From positions 65,048 to 89,047 of the forward strand of contig JBFNEZ010000001.1 of assembly GCA_040797825.1 (NCBI GenBank): a stretch of DNA of 24,000 bases, in the 5' to 3' direction. The notes below the pieces were generated by a model, which was not told the DNA's origin, did no database searches, and saw only the letters and a program-made list of their open reading frames with translations. The stretch comes from Thermotaleaceae bacterium. GTDB lineage: Bacteria; Bacillota; Clostridia; Peptostreptococcales; Thermotaleaceae. A program made the translations under genes and the position numbers. Position 1 is the stretch's first letter, and each line of letters starts with the position of its first letter. Positions 8,373 to 18,737 of the stretch are shown one piece after another.

Positions 8373-9719
8373 CTATTTTAATTCCTTTAAGAACTTTGGC
8401 AAATGCATCGCCTCATCTGGACCTACGATAATCTCCCATCCTGGCAGATTGTCTTCAATATCGCCCTTCAGGACAGCTACTTTACCAGGAAGAACCAACT
8501 TTCTATTCTTCGTCATGTTCTCTGCGCCACTTTCCTTCATAAAGCTAGAAATACTGCTTCCACCAAATTTACCAGCTGCCCAAGCAGTTAGAACAGAGTA
8601 TCCTCCTGCATCAGGAATAGCTAACCAGCAAGGCACTTTTGATCTTTCTACTTCACCAGCAACAATGAAATAGGTTAATGCAAAGTCAACAGTCACAAGT
8701 ACTGGAGAATTTTCATCTGCTCCATTGATTGAGTAAAGCTTTGGTTCAACTCTCATTGGTCTTTGTGGATCCGTAAATACGTTCTGTCTTAAAGCATACA
8801 ATGGAAGTGCTCTTGCATAATCTATATCTTCTAACACTACTATTGAACCGTATTTTAAGGTAAACATAGAAGCCAGTGCAACTTCTAGATATTTATCCCC
8901 CTTAGCTAACTCGTTTACAAACACCACTGATGGATATCCGAATTTTCTATCCTGTTCTTTTAAAGCAATCTTTCGGATCTGTAAAACATCTTGTGTTGCA
9001 TCTTTCACAGATGCAGCCGCTGTAGATAATGCTAACTCTTTATAATCTAAGCCTTGTACTTTTTCTACAAGATCATAAAGCTCTTCAAGGTTTCCACCCT
9101 TTAAGCCTAGCACAAGCTTATCGGCTTTAACCAAGTTAACCATTGCTTCATAGTTATCCTTTGTAGCACCATATACAATTGGATTTTCATCCTTTACAAG
9201 AGCCAACGCGTCTTGCAACACGGCAGGATCTTCACAGACAAGCATGTAAGCAGCCTTAACGCCGCTATCCTTTACAGCTTTTACCATCCCTATGTAACTA
9301 TCCTTATTTCCGGTGTATTGAAGAGCCACAATCTCTGCCTTCATCTCTTCACCGATTCTTACATAGTTTACTTTTTTAATATTTTCAAGCTTTGCAGAAA
9401 TTTCTTCTGTTGTCATGCTGTCCTTGAAGCTTACTGCAAATCTATTTCTATTTACAAAGGTTTTTTCATGTCGGAACAATACAGTTTCTCCACCAAGAGT
9501 ATACTCAGTATCTCCCTTACCAATTTTAACAGCTTTCATAAGTGGTGCAGTAGCTTCTGACAATTTGTCTAGTGCTTCGGCACTCATATGAGGACATTTG
9601 CTGATTTCCACCCCACCTGCAGCTACTTTCATAGAAAATGCTAAACAAGTTGGAAATCCACAATCCTTACAGTTTGATTTTGGTGTTAACTTAAATATAT
9701 CTAATCCTGTTAAAGCCAT
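8373..9719 (-). CDS. acsC: Corrinoid iron-sulfur protein, large subunit
   Basis: The N-terminal [4Fe-4S] motif CKDCGFPTC-x16-C follows MALTGLDIFKL. The track start at 9773 adds 18 residues with no SD. The ATG at 9719 is preceded by AAGGGGGAAAG and gives 448 aa. Confidence 0.93.
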   Translation of the reverse strand: MALTGLDIFKLTPKSNCKDCGFPTCLAFSMKVAAGGVEISKCPHMSAEALDKLSEATAPLMKAVKIGKGDTEYTLGGETVLFRHEKTFVNRNRFAVSFKDSMTTEEISAKLENIKKVNYVRIGEEMKAEIVALQYTGNKDSYIGMVKAVKDSGVKAAYMLVCEDPAVLQDALALVKDENPIVYGATKDNYEAMVNLVKADKLVLGLKGGNLEELYDLVEKVQGLDYKELALSTAAASVKDATQDVLQIRKIALKEQDRKFGYPSVVFVNELAKGDKYLEVALASMFTLKYGSIVVLEDIDYARALPLYALRQNVFTDPQRPMRVEPKLYSINGADENSPVLVTVDFALTYFIVAGEVERSKVPCWLAIPDAGGYSVLTAWAAGKFGGSSISSFMKESGAENMTKNRKLVLPGKVAVLKGDIEDNLPGWEIIVGPDEAMHLPKFLKELK

Positions 9720-9793
9720 TTTTCTTTCCCCCTTAGTCAATTCAATTTGATTCGCTCCATGCCTTTTTATCATTTAGGCTTTCTCGAAATTAT

Positions 9794-10738
9794 CTATGCC
9801 AATGCTCCAATTAAAGTTTTTAAGGTTTCCAATGATTTTGGATGACGTACAATGATTGCATCTGAACCTACTGTAAGGATACTTGTTGCAGTCGATACCT
9901 CCATAGCTATTCCTCGCTCTTCCTTATCGCCCCACTCTGGTGCATCCTCTTGCTCTGCACTGGATTCTTTTACACCCCAGGTTTCAAAGGAAACAGGTGT
10001 AATTACTGGCATCTGAAGAGTTTTATCATTTTGTCCCAAGGCTGCCAAACGAATTCTATCCATTGTAGAAACAACGTACTCAAATCCGTAACCTACAGCT
10101 GCACATCCAACATTCATCACAACATCTTCATTTTTTACACCCAGCTGTCCTAAAAGTACGTTCAACTGTTTTGCTAAGTTGATATCAACAGAGGATTCAG
10201 CTCCTACTTTATGTTGATAGGCTAACCCTGCTGCTGCACCTACTGCTTTGTAGTTGTCTTCTGTGGCTGATAAAAATAAGCAGTTATAGCCATCTACCGC
10301 TGCTGCAATTTTTTCAAACAGTTTTGCATCCTTTTCATGGTTGTTTGTTCCAGCAACCACCAACGGCAATGTGATGGCCTGAGCAACTGCCTTTGCAGTC
10401 TCGGCACATTCCTCAACAGATTTATTCATTCCATTTGGATCTGCTCCTACAAATCTAAGACAGATAAAATCTGGAGTTAGTTTTTCTTCTACGAATTTTG
10501 CCCACGCTACAGGATCCTTTGCTACATCCTTGTAGAGCTCTTGTAGGCCTCCAACCCACTCTTCCGGATAAACATCCATAATCTCTACGCCAATCTTAGC
10601 TGTATTTGCAGTCATTCCTTCTGCTTCAAAGAAGGTAATTGCATTTTGTCCTCCCAGCTTCATGGCTTTGTCGCCAGTTCCTACGACTACTTCGCCAATT
10701 TTTCCTTTATAGCCTTGTACAGACATCTTCAATGACAC
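9794..10738 (-). CDS. acsD: Corrinoid iron-sulfur protein, small subunit
   Basis: 314 aa, located between cooC and acsC. It uses a GTG start at 10738 with a GAGGGGG SD 8 nt upstream. Confidence 0.9.
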   Translation of the reverse strand: MSLKMSVQGYKGKIGEVVVGTGDKAMKLGGQNAITFFEAEGMTANTAKIGVEIMDVYPEEWVGGLQELYKDVAKDPVAWAKFVEEKLTPDFICLRFVGADPNGMNKSVEECAETAKAVAQAITLPLVVAGTNNHEKDAKLFEKIAAAVDGYNCLFLSATEDNYKAVGAAAGLAYQHKVGAESSVDINLAKQLNVLLGQLGVKNEDVVMNVGCAAVGYGFEYVVSTMDRIRLAALGQNDKTLQMPVITPVSFETWGVKESSAEQEDAPEWGDKEERGIAMEVSTATSILTVGSDAIIVRHPKSLETLKTLIGALA

Positions 10739-10759
10739 TAAAATCGCCCCCTCAAATAA

Positions 10760-11533
10760 TTACTTTGAAAAATTAAGTTTTGAAAAGATTTCTGTTACTG
10801 CATTTTTAGATAGGGTATCTTCAGGCATCTTAACCGTAGGGATTCCTTTTGAATCATATTCAAAAACCTTGGAATCCATAGGCACGACCCCTAATAAATT
10901 CAGTCCCTGTCGTTCAATCTCCAGACGGGTTTCTTCTTCTAAAACTCCATCCGGCGCTCTATTGACAATCAAATGAATGTTAGATACCTGGAGATCCAAT
11001 TCCTTTACCAAGTCCTTTATCCTGCCCACGGCCTGTATACCACGGCGTGAGCAGTCACTGACTAATAATAGGGTATCAATATGCTTTGTGGTCTTTCTGC
11101 TTAGATGCTCCATTCCTGCTTCATTATCTATGATCAGATACTTGTAGCTGTCAGAAAGAGAGTCAATTTGTTCTCGGAGGATACCATTGACATAACAATA
11201 GCAGCCTTGCCCCTCTGATCTTCCCATAACGATTAAATCATAGCCCTTGCCTTCTATCATTGCTGTATTTAATCGATATTTCAAATATTGGGCCTTTGTC
11301 ATTCCTCCTGGAAAGCTGTTTCCTGCTAATTCCCTTTTATTGACCTCTTCTCTGATTTCTCCAATGGTAGCATCCACTTCCTCCCCCAGAACTTCATTGA
11401 GATTGGAATTTGCATCGGCATCTACCGCAAGAATTGGTTTCTCTCCCTTTCTTACTAAAAAATCTATCAAAAGGCCTGTCAATGTAGTTTTTCCTGTACC
11501 ACCTTTTCCAGCTACAGCAATTGTATAACCCAT
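10760..11533 (-). CDS. cooC: CooC/AcsF-type Ni-insertion ATPase (second copy)
   Basis: It has the P-loop AVAGKGGTGKTT and the CxC metal motif GQGCYCYV. The track start at 11596 has no SD. The ATG at 11533 (MGYTIAVAGKGG) follows AGGAGG by 7 nt. Confidence 0.9.
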   Translation of the reverse strand: MGYTIAVAGKGGTGKTTLTGLLIDFLVRKGEKPILAVDADANSNLNEVLGEEVDATIGEIREEVNKRELAGNSFPGGMTKAQYLKYRLNTAMIEGKGYDLIVMGRSEGQGCYCYVNGILREQIDSLSDSYKYLIIDNEAGMEHLSRKTTKHIDTLLLVSDCSRRGIQAVGRIKDLVKELDLQVSNIHLIVNRAPDGVLEEETRLEIERQGLNLLGVVPMDSKVFEYDSKGIPTVKMPEDTLSKNAVTEIFSKLNFSK

Positions 11534-11624
11534 AATACTACCTCCTAAGTCTGTAATATACAAAAGCCCCCGGACTGCAAGCATATGTTTTTCCAATAAA
11601 GACAGGCCCTAACAGACCTAATCC

Positions 11625-12998
11625 TTATACAGAGTGCACACAAGCCTTATGAACATCATGCAGTGCTTCCATTAAGGCTTCTGACAATGTTGGGTGTGGA
11701 TGAATGACATCGCCCACTTCCTCAGCTGTTAATCCTAGATGAACTGCTAAAGTTAATTCAGCCAATAGATCCGTTGCATGAGGTCCAACAATAGATGCTC
11801 CAATGATTTTGTCTTCATTGTCAACGATAATTTTGGTAAAGCCTTGGAATTTTCCTATGGCTTGTGCTTTTCCTAGACCTCTAAAGTCGAATCTTCCTAC
11901 ATGATAGGAGATGCCCTTTTCTATTGCCTGTTTTTCTGTCATCCCCACAGCGGCTACCTCTGGATCCGTATAGACGCAACGAGGTACTGCCTTGTAGCTT
12001 ATGGTCTTGTTTTTTCCCATAGCATTTTCTACGGCAATCAATCCCTCTTTAGAAGCTACATGGGCTAAAAATGGACTATCAACAATATCCCCTATGGCAT
12101 AGATTCCTGATACTGTTGTCTCCATCTTATCATTTACCACTATTTTTCCATTCTTTATTTCAATTCCAAGTGCTTCAATGCCTAGATTTTCCAAATAGGG
12201 TTTTCGGCCGACAGAAACCAGCATTTTCTCTGCCTCTACGGTCTTACCATTCTCTAGGTATGCCTTTACTCCGTCCCCTTCTATTTCACACTTAACAATT
12301 TTTTCCCCATGGATCATTTTTATTTTATCTCTCTTGAAGGAACGGGCCAATTGCTTCGCTACTTCTTCATCCTCAAAGGGTAATAACTGCTCTGCCATCT
12401 CTACAATAGTGATTTTGGTTCCTAATTTACTGAAAAATTGACCAAATTCACATCCTATGACACCCCCGCCAACAATAATCATTGATTGTGGGAGTTCTTG
12501 GAGAAACAAAGTTTCGTCACTAGTAATAACCTTTTCTCTATCATAGGGAAACATACCTGGTACAATAGGTACTGAACCAGTAGCCAATATGATTTTATCT
12601 GCTTCGAGGATTTCAGTTTGCCCATCGGATAATGCAACTTCCACTTTATCCTTTGCAACTAGCTTTCCAAAGCCTCTCATTAGCTTTACTTTTTTGCTTT
12701 CAAAAATAAACTCAATTCCCTTTACCAACTGCTCAACAATTTTATTCTTGCGGGCCATGATAGCAGGAAAATCTGCTTTTACATCTCCCGTTACTGCAAT
12801 ACCGAACTCCTTTGCTTCCTTAACAGCTTCTAATATCTCCGAGGAGGCCAGTAGTGTCTTTGTAGGTATGCAGCCTACATTTAAACAGGTACCCCCGACC
12901 TTTTCCTTTTCAACAATCGTTACGTCAGCCCCCATCATGGCCGCTTTAATCGCCGCAACATATCCCCCTGGACCGCCACCGATCACTACAATCTTCAT
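11625..12998 (-). CDS. lpdA: Dihydrolipoamide dehydrogenase (E3/L-protein type flavoprotein disulfide reductase)
   Basis: 457 aa. It has the FAD motif VIGGGPGGYVAA, the redox disulfide GGTCLNVGCIPTK and the C-terminal HPHPTLSE. Confidence 0.93.
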   Translation of the reverse strand: MKIVVIGGGPGGYVAAIKAAMMGADVTIVEKEKVGGTCLNVGCIPTKTLLASSEILEAVKEAKEFGIAVTGDVKADFPAIMARKNKIVEQLVKGIEFIFESKKVKLMRGFGKLVAKDKVEVALSDGQTEILEADKIILATGSVPIVPGMFPYDREKVITSDETLFLQELPQSMIIVGGGVIGCEFGQFFSKLGTKITIVEMAEQLLPFEDEEVAKQLARSFKRDKIKMIHGEKIVKCEIEGDGVKAYLENGKTVEAEKMLVSVGRKPYLENLGIEALGIEIKNGKIVVNDKMETTVSGIYAIGDIVDSPFLAHVASKEGLIAVENAMGKNKTISYKAVPRCVYTDPEVAAVGMTEKQAIEKGISYHVGRFDFRGLGKAQAIGKFQGFTKIIVDNEDKIIGASIVGPHATDLLAELTLAVHLGLTAEEVGDVIHPHPTLSEALMEALHDVHKACVHSV

Positions 12999-13019
12999 GC
13001 TGCTTCACCTCTACTTCAC

Positions 13020-13895
13020 TTATAATCCTGCCGCATCTAAAATGGCAGGTACATTTTCCTCTGCTCCAATAGCCATGATATGAACGCCATCACATAGATT
13101 TTCTTCTTTCAATTGTTGAATGAATTCTCCAGCAATCTGAATGCCTTCCTTCACCTTATCTTCTGCTCCCTTGATTCTTGCTATAACATCCTCTGGAACA
13201 TGGATACCCGGTACATTGTTGTTCATAAATCTTGCCATACCCACAGATTTCAATGGAATAATTCCTGCTAATATTTTTGCATCCATACCCTTTGTCTTTT
13301 CTTTGAACTCTCTCATGGTTTCCAAATCATATACGGCTTGGGTTTGGAAGAATTTTGCACCAGCTTTAATTTTCTTTTCCAGCTTAAATATCTGTATTTC
13401 TAATGGATCGAATCTAGGTGTAACAGAAGCACCAAGGTAGAACTCTGGTGTTCCTTTTAATTCATTGCCCACCATGTCCTTTCCTTCCATCAAAATACTT
13501 GCTGCTTGTAGAATCCCAATACAGTCTAAATCATAAACTGGTTTTGCCTGGGGATGATCTCCTACAATGGTATGATCTCCTGTAAGAGAAAGAACGTTTT
13601 TAATGCCAAACACACTAGCAGATAAAAGCTCCCCTTGAATAGCAATTCGGTTTCTGTCTCTTCCTGTCATTTGAAGAACAGGCTCAAGTCCTTCATCCTT
13701 TAATAATTTACAGGTAACCAAGGAAGTTGCTCTCATTACTGCAGATTGAAAGTCTGTTACATTCACACCATGCACTCTGCCCTTTATAGCTCTAGCACAT
13801 TCCATTAAATGAGCGAAATCAGTGCCCTTTGGAGGTGCCATTTCAGCAGTTACAGCAAAACCACCTCTATCTAATGTTTCCTTTAATAAGCTCAT
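13020..13895 (-). CDS. metF: Methylene-tetrahydrofolate reductase catalytic subunit
   Basis: 291 aa MTHFR-family TIM barrel located directly after metV. The SD is AAGGGGGA. Confidence 0.9.
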   Translation of the reverse strand: MSLLKETLDRGGFAVTAEMAPPKGTDFAHLMECARAIKGRVHGVNVTDFQSAVMRATSLVTCKLLKDEGLEPVLQMTGRDRNRIAIQGELLSASVFGIKNVLSLTGDHTIVGDHPQAKPVYDLDCIGILQAASILMEGKDMVGNELKGTPEFYLGASVTPRFDPLEIQIFKLEKKIKAGAKFFQTQAVYDLETMREFKEKTKGMDAKILAGIIPLKSVGMARFMNNNVPGIHVPEDVIARIKGAEDKVKEGIQIAGEFIQQLKEENLCDGVHIMAIGAEENVPAILDAAGL

Positions 13896-13917
13896 ACGTA
13901 TCCCCCTTTCCAGCCCC

Positions 13918-14589
13918 CTAGGCTTCTACAGTTTCCTTACTGGCTTCTCTAAGATTAATTTTTCGTGGATTATTTGATTTTTGGAAGTTTTTCGGATCTC
14001 TAACTTCCATCAGCTTCTCTAATTGTCCCAGTTCCTTCATTCTTTCATAGATTTGAATCCACGCACAGTCATTCTCTTTATTTACTTCGCACTTTTTGTC
14101 CTTTGCCCCGCCACAGGGTCCGTTCACAAGACCCTTGGCACATCGTGTGATTGGACAAATGGATCCTGTCCATCCAAGCTCACACTCGCCACAGGCTCTA
14201 CAGCTTTCTTCAAATTGGCCTACCCGTTCAATTTCCCCGATAAACATTGTATCCACCCCAGGATAGGTCGGAATTTTTACAGCTTTGGCCACAGTCTGCG
14301 TACCATCACCACAAGCTACAGAAAGAATGGCGTCGGCATCCTTTAACTCTTCTTTCATTTTCTTCAGATCTTTTGTTGTTTTTAAGAGGTTACAGGCAGG
14401 ATCCAATACTTTATATCCCGTTACTTCCTTGCCTTCTTCCTCTAACCATGCCTTCAGTTCAAGAATTTCCTCTTCTCCACCCACTTTACAGGTAGTTGCA
14501 CATAAAGAACATCCTGTGATGACCACTTTGCGGCAGTCTTTTAGAAAACTCAATACTTCTTCTTGTGATTTCTTTTGAGAAATAATCAT
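13918..14589 (-). CDS. metV: Methylene-THF reductase small Cys-rich subunit (MetV)
   Basis: 223 aa with Cys clusters CSLCATTC, ACGDG and CRACGECELGWTGSICPITRC...CGG. It is paired with metF, as in clostridial acetogens. The SD is AAGGAGG. Confidence 0.85.
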   Translation of the reverse strand: MIISQKKSQEEVLSFLKDCRKVVITGCSLCATTCKVGGEEEILELKAWLEEEGKEVTGYKVLDPACNLLKTTKDLKKMKEELKDADAILSVACGDGTQTVAKAVKIPTYPGVDTMFIGEIERVGQFEESCRACGECELGWTGSICPITRCAKGLVNGPCGGAKDKKCEVNKENDCAWIQIYERMKELGQLEKLMEVRDPKNFQKSNNPRKINLREASKETVEA

Positions 14590-14658
14590 ACTTCCACGCC
14601 TCCTTATCCTTTAAGAATATTGTATACATATAATAAATGCTATTTAAACTCTGCTTAC

Positions 14659-14687
14659 GATATATTTGAAAAATAATCCTGTCTCAA
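14659..14687 (-). promoter_or_regulatory. Candidate internal sigma-A promoter in the 102-bp folD-metV gap
   Basis: On the minus strand: TTGAGA (14687..14682), a 17-nt spacer, then TATATC (14664..14659). This is the largest hairpin-free gap in the cluster. Motif match only. Confidence 0.2.
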
Positions 14688-14691
14688 TATT

Positions 14692-15546
14692 TTAAAGATT
14701 ATTTTGTAATTTGCATGCCTTTACTACATTTTTCGCCAAAATTGATGTTGTTACAGAACCTACGCCACCAGGTACAGGTGTAATCATGGCTACTTTATCT
14801 ACTACATTATCAAAATCTACATCACCACACATATTTCCATCCTTATCCACATTAATGCCCACATCTACCACTATAGTACCCTCAGCAATCCAGCTTTCTT
14901 TCACCAATCTTGGTACACCACAACCAACTACAACCACATCTGCTTGACGGGCCATAGCCGCTGTATCCTTTGTGAATATATGACAAATTGTAACAGTTGC
15001 ATTTTCATTTAATAACAGAATTGCAGCAGGTTTACCAACTACCATAGATGCCCCAATAACAGTTACATTTTTCCCTTGCAGCTCTACGCCATAATGCTTT
15101 AGGATTTCCATTACTGCCGTTGGTGTACAAGGAGCCAATCCAGTTTTGTCGCCTTCCATTAGTTTTCCTTCATTTACTGGACTTAAGCAGTCGATATCTT
15201 TCTCTGGCGCTATGACCTTCTTCAATTCCATCTCACTCAAGTGACTTGGTAATGGTCTAAATACCAAAATACCATGTACGTTTTTATCTTCATTTAATTT
15301 TTTTACACCAGCGATAAATGCATCTTGTGTAACCTCTACAGGAAACTCATGAACATCAACTTCTACGCCTACTTTCTTGCAACGTCCTAAAGCACCCTTT
15401 TCATAAGCCAAGTCGTCTCCTCTGGCACCTACTCTTACAATTGCCAGCTTTGGCTGGATCCCTTTTGCTTTTAAAGCATCAATTTCAACTACCAATTCTT
15501 CCGATATCTTGTCCGCTACCGCTTTCCCCTTAATGATTTCACCCAT
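14692..15546 (-). CDS. folD: Bifunctional methylene-THF dehydrogenase / methenyl-THF cyclohydrolase
   Basis: 284 aa. It has the conserved C-terminal TPVPGGVGSVT motif. The SD is AAGGGGG. Confidence 0.95.
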   Translation of the reverse strand: MGEIIKGKAVADKISEELVVEIDALKAKGIQPKLAIVRVGARGDDLAYEKGALGRCKKVGVEVDVHEFPVEVTQDAFIAGVKKLNEDKNVHGILVFRPLPSHLSEMELKKVIAPEKDIDCLSPVNEGKLMEGDKTGLAPCTPTAVMEILKHYGVELQGKNVTVIGASMVVGKPAAILLLNENATVTICHIFTKDTAAMARQADVVVVGCGVPRLVKESWIAEGTIVVDVGINVDKDGNMCGDVDFDNVVDKVAMITPVPGGVGSVTTSILAKNVVKACKLQNNL

Positions 15547-15605
15547 GCTAAAAACCCCCTTGTTAAAATAATAAATCAGAATAAAAGGCCCATTTTTTAT
15601 CTGTA

Positions 15606-16238
15606 CTATACATACAACACTTTCTCTACTTTTTGATAGATTTCATCAGCCAGCTGTGTTCCCTCTTTCACCAGCTTTTCAGTTTCCATTTTTACCCGCT
15701 GAACGTATTCTTCATCTTTAATCATACCAATATTAATCATGACATTTAGCTGTCCGCTAATTAATGCAGAACGTAGACACTGCACACCTACACCTACGTC
15801 ACTAATAGCCAGTTTCGATCCCTTATCTACCAATTCTTCATGGAGTTTGATGGCTTCATAGCAGGTCTTAACAATTTTTACAGGTACTTCACAGGCCTGT
15901 TTCAATGCCGCTTCCAGTACCTTTGCCTTTTCTGCTTTTTCTTCATCTGTATTGGAAGGCAAACCATAGGCCTTTGACAAGGGTAAGAATTGCTCCGCAT
16001 CCTCGTCCACCATGGCCAAAAGTTCTTTTTGAACAGCTTCTGCCCTTTCTAGGATTTTCTTAACATCATCCTCTACATGCTGGTATTTCTTTTTACCGAT
16101 GGTCAAATTGCATACCATGCCAGCAAGGGCTGTTCCCAATCCTCCAACTAAGGCTGCTGCCCCGCCCCCACCGGGAACAGCAGCCTTTGAGGAGAGGAGG
16201 CTTGTAAATTCTGCACAACTTTGTTCTACTAGCTTCAA
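15606..16238 (-). CDS. fchA: Methenyl-THF cyclohydrolase / formimidoyl-THF cyclodeaminase family protein
   Basis: It has the cyclodeaminase-family N-terminus KLVEQSCAEFTSLLSSKAAVPGGGGAAAL. The track GTG at 16247 sits inside the SD (AGGAGTGAGG). The TTG at 16238, 8 nt after it, is the more likely start, but this is uncertain. Confidence 0.85.
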   Translation of the reverse strand: MKLVEQSCAEFTSLLSSKAAVPGGGGAAALVGGLGTALAGMVCNLTIGKKKYQHVEDDVKKILERAEAVQKELLAMVDEDAEQFLPLSKAYGLPSNTDEEKAEKAKVLEAALKQACEVPVKIVKTCYEAIKLHEELVDKGSKLAISDVGVGVQCLRSALISGQLNVMINIGMIKDEEYVQRVKMETEKLVKEGTQLADEIYQKVEKVLYV

Positions 16239-16279
16239 GTTCCTCACTCCTAGTTATTTATTAGAACAATACGAATTTT

Positions 16280-17956
16280 TTAGAATAGTCCTGTAATCAT
16301 ACCATTTTCATCTACATCAATTTTCTCTGCAGATGGTACTTTTGGCAAACCAGGCATTGTCATGATTTCACCTGTTAATGCCACCAGGAATCCTGCCCCA
16401 GCGGAAACCTTCACCTGTCTTACCGTTACTGTAAAACCAGTCGGTCTACCCAACAATGCTGGGTCATCGCTTAAGGAATATTGAGTCTTAGCCATACAGA
16501 TAGGCAGATCCCCAAATCCTAATTTTTCTAATCTTTCAATTTCTTTGGATGCACTTGCAGTGAAGGCCACATCATCGGCACCATAGATTTTTTGAGTAAT
16601 GGCTCTGATTTTTTCTTTTATCGGCAAATTTAATTCATAGGCATAAGTTAGCTTTCCTTCGCCTTTCTCGATGAGCTTGATAACCTGCTCAGCAAGCTGG
16701 ATACCGCCTTCGCCGCCTTTTGCCCACACTTCTGATAAGGCCACGTTTACCCCTAGTTCAGCACATCTTTTTTCTACTAGAGCCAGTTCTGCTTCTGTAT
16801 CTAGCGGGAATCTATTGATAGCTACTACTGCAGGTAAATTGAATACCTTTGTAATATTTTCAACATGCTTCAGAAGGTTTGGAAGTCCTTTTTCTAGGGC
16901 CTCTAAATTTTCTTGATTTAATTCACTCTTTGGCACACCACCGTTATATTTTAGGGCACGTACTGTGGCTACAATAACAACAGCCTCAGGACTTATCCCA
17001 GCTTTTCGACATTTAATGTCTAGGAATTTTTCTGCTCCAAGGTCAGCTCCGAATCCTGCCTCAGTTACTACATAATCTGCAAAATGAGCCGCCATCTTTG
17101 TAGCGATTACAGAGTTACATCCATGGGCAATATTGGCGAAAGGTCCTCCATGCACAAATGCAGGTGTACCTTCTAATGTCTGAACTAAATTTGGTTTTAA
17201 TGCGTCCTTTAATAGGGCAGCCATTGCACCGTGAGCATTTAATTGTTTGGCAGTGATAGGTTGATCATCCTTTGTATATCCTACAATGATATTGCCCAAT
17301 CTTTCCTTAAGATCCATAATATCACTAGCAAGACAAAAAGCAGCCATAACTTCTGATGCAACTGTGATGTCAAATCCATCTTCTCTTGGGATACCGTTTC
17401 CTTTTCCTCCAAGACCGTTTACCATGTTTCTCAGCTGTCTATCGTTCATGTCCATGGCTCTTCTCCAAGTAATCTTTCTTGCGTCAATACCTAGTTGATT
17501 TCCTTGGGTGATATGATTATCCAGCATAGCTGCCAATAAGTTGTTTGCTGCTCCTATTGCATGAAAATCTCCTGTAAAGTGTAGATTGATATCCTCCATA
17601 GGTACCACTTGAGCATATCCACCACCGGCTGCACCGCCTTTTACGCCAAAAACTGGACCTAGAGAAGGTTCTCTTAAGGCAACTAAAGTTGTTTTGCCGA
17701 GTCTAGACAATGCATCGGCAACACCTATAGTTGTCGTAGTTTTACCCTCTCCTGCTGGCGTAGGGTTAATGGCAGTTACCAAAATCATTTTGGCTTTCTT
17801 TCCACCATTGTCTCTCTTGAGTAGGTTGTAGTCAACCTTTGCTTTGTACTTGCCATAGAGTTCTAAATCATCCTCAGTCAGATTTAGTTTCTTGGCTATC
17901 TCTCTGATGTCTTGCAGTTTTGCTTCCTGTGCAATCTCGATATCAGATTTGTACAT
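16280..17956 (-). CDS. fhs: Formate-tetrahydrofolate ligase
   Basis: 558 aa. It starts [12 protein letters not shown] and has the P-loop [14 protein letters not shown]. The SD is AAGGGGGG. It overlaps the cooC stop by 14 nt. Confidence 0.97.
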   Translation of the reverse strand: MYKSDIEIAQEAKLQDIREIAKKLNLTEDDLELYGKYKAKVDYNLLKRDNGGKKAKMILVTAINPTPAGEGKTTTTIGVADALSRLGKTTLVALREPSLGPVFGVKGGAAGGGYAQVVPMEDINLHFTGDFHAIGAANNLLAAMLDNHITQGNQLGIDARKITWRRAMDMNDRQLRNMVNGLGGKGNGIPREDGFDITVASEVMAAFCLASDIMDLKERLGNIIVGYTKDDQPITAKQLNAHGAMAALLKDALKPNLVQTLEGTPAFVHGGPFANIAHGCNSVIATKMAAHFADYVVTEAGFGADLGAEKFLDIKCRKAGISPEAVVIVATVRALKYNGGVPKSELNQENLEALEKGLPNLLKHVENITKVFNLPAVVAINRFPLDTEAELALVEKRCAELGVNVALSEVWAKGGEGGIQLAEQVIKLIEKGEGKLTYAYELNLPIKEKIRAITQKIYGADDVAFTASASKEIERLEKLGFGDLPICMAKTQYSLSDDPALLGRPTGFTVTVRQVKVSAGAGFLVALTGEIMTMPGLPKVPSAEKIDVDENGMITGLF

Positions 17957-18728
17957 TAGAAACCCCCCTTAGCTTCTCATATATTTTCTCAACATCTATC
18001 TTAATCTCCTCACTTTGCTCGTAAGGCGATAGGTTGGCTCGATCGGAGTTGATCACGTTTTGGTTGTAGTGCATAAAGCCAAGGCAACTTCCATCATCTA
18101 CATGCTCTAAGATGAACTTCTCGTCTTCATCATTTCGAATTTTATTGCCTACCACATATACATTACGAATCCCAATATCTTCCCCCAACTGTTTTACCTT
18201 TCGATAGGTCTGCAAGCTTCTTTCTCCTGGTTCCACAACCACAATAAAAAAGTCTACCCCCCTTGCAGTTCCCCTTCCCAAATGCTCGATTCCAGCCTCC
18301 ATATCCATGATAACCGCATCCTTATTGCCAAGAATCAAATGGGTTGTAAGGGTCTTCAGCAGTACATGCTCAGGACAAACACACCCTGACCCTCCCGTAT
18401 CTACTGTACCCATGGTCAATAGCTTCACACCTTTGTACTCTTTGCAGTAACGTTCAGGTATATCACTAACCTTTGGATTCATCTTAAACATTGTGCCAAA
18501 GGAGCCTGGTTGGGATGCTGTTCTCTCCGCTACCAAATCCTTCATTTCAGAGATCGGTACGATCTCCTCTGCAAGTTCATTGGGAAACCCCAATGCCAAC
18601 GCAAGGTTGGCATCAGGGTCTGCATCCACTGCTAAAACGCTATAACCTTTGTCTACTAGTAGCCGACTCAATACTGCTGAAAATGTTGTTTTTCCTACTC
18701 CACCTTTTCCTGTTATAGCAATTTTCAT
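17943..18728 (-). CDS. cooC: CooC-type Ni-insertion ATPase for CODH maturation
   Basis: It has the P-loop [11 protein letters not shown] and the CxC motif GSGCVCPEH. The track start GTG at 18737 abuts the acsA TAG. The ATG at 18728 ([10 protein letters not shown]) follows GGTGAT by 4 nt and fits the family N-terminus. Confidence 0.9.
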   Translation of the reverse strand: MKIAITGKGGVGKTTFSAVLSRLLVDKGYSVLAVDADPDANLALALGFPNELAEEIVPISEMKDLVAERTASQPGSFGTMFKMNPKVSDIPERYCKEYKGVKLLTMGTVDTGGSGCVCPEHVLLKTLTTHLILGNKDAVIMDMEAGIEHLGRGTARGVDFFIVVVEPGERSLQTYRKVKQLGEDIGIRNVYVVGNKIRNDEDEKFILEHVDDGSCLGFMHYNQNVINSDRANLSPYEQSEEIKIDVEKIYEKLRGVSNVQI

Positions 18729-18737
18729 TTGAATCAC

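Noticed and set aside
17943-17956. 14-nt cooC/fhs overlap and the acsA-TAG/cooC-GTG abutment as possible frameshift or fusion sites
   Set aside because: Both genes have complete family-typical termini and their own SD. Short overlaps of this kind are ordinary translational coupling.
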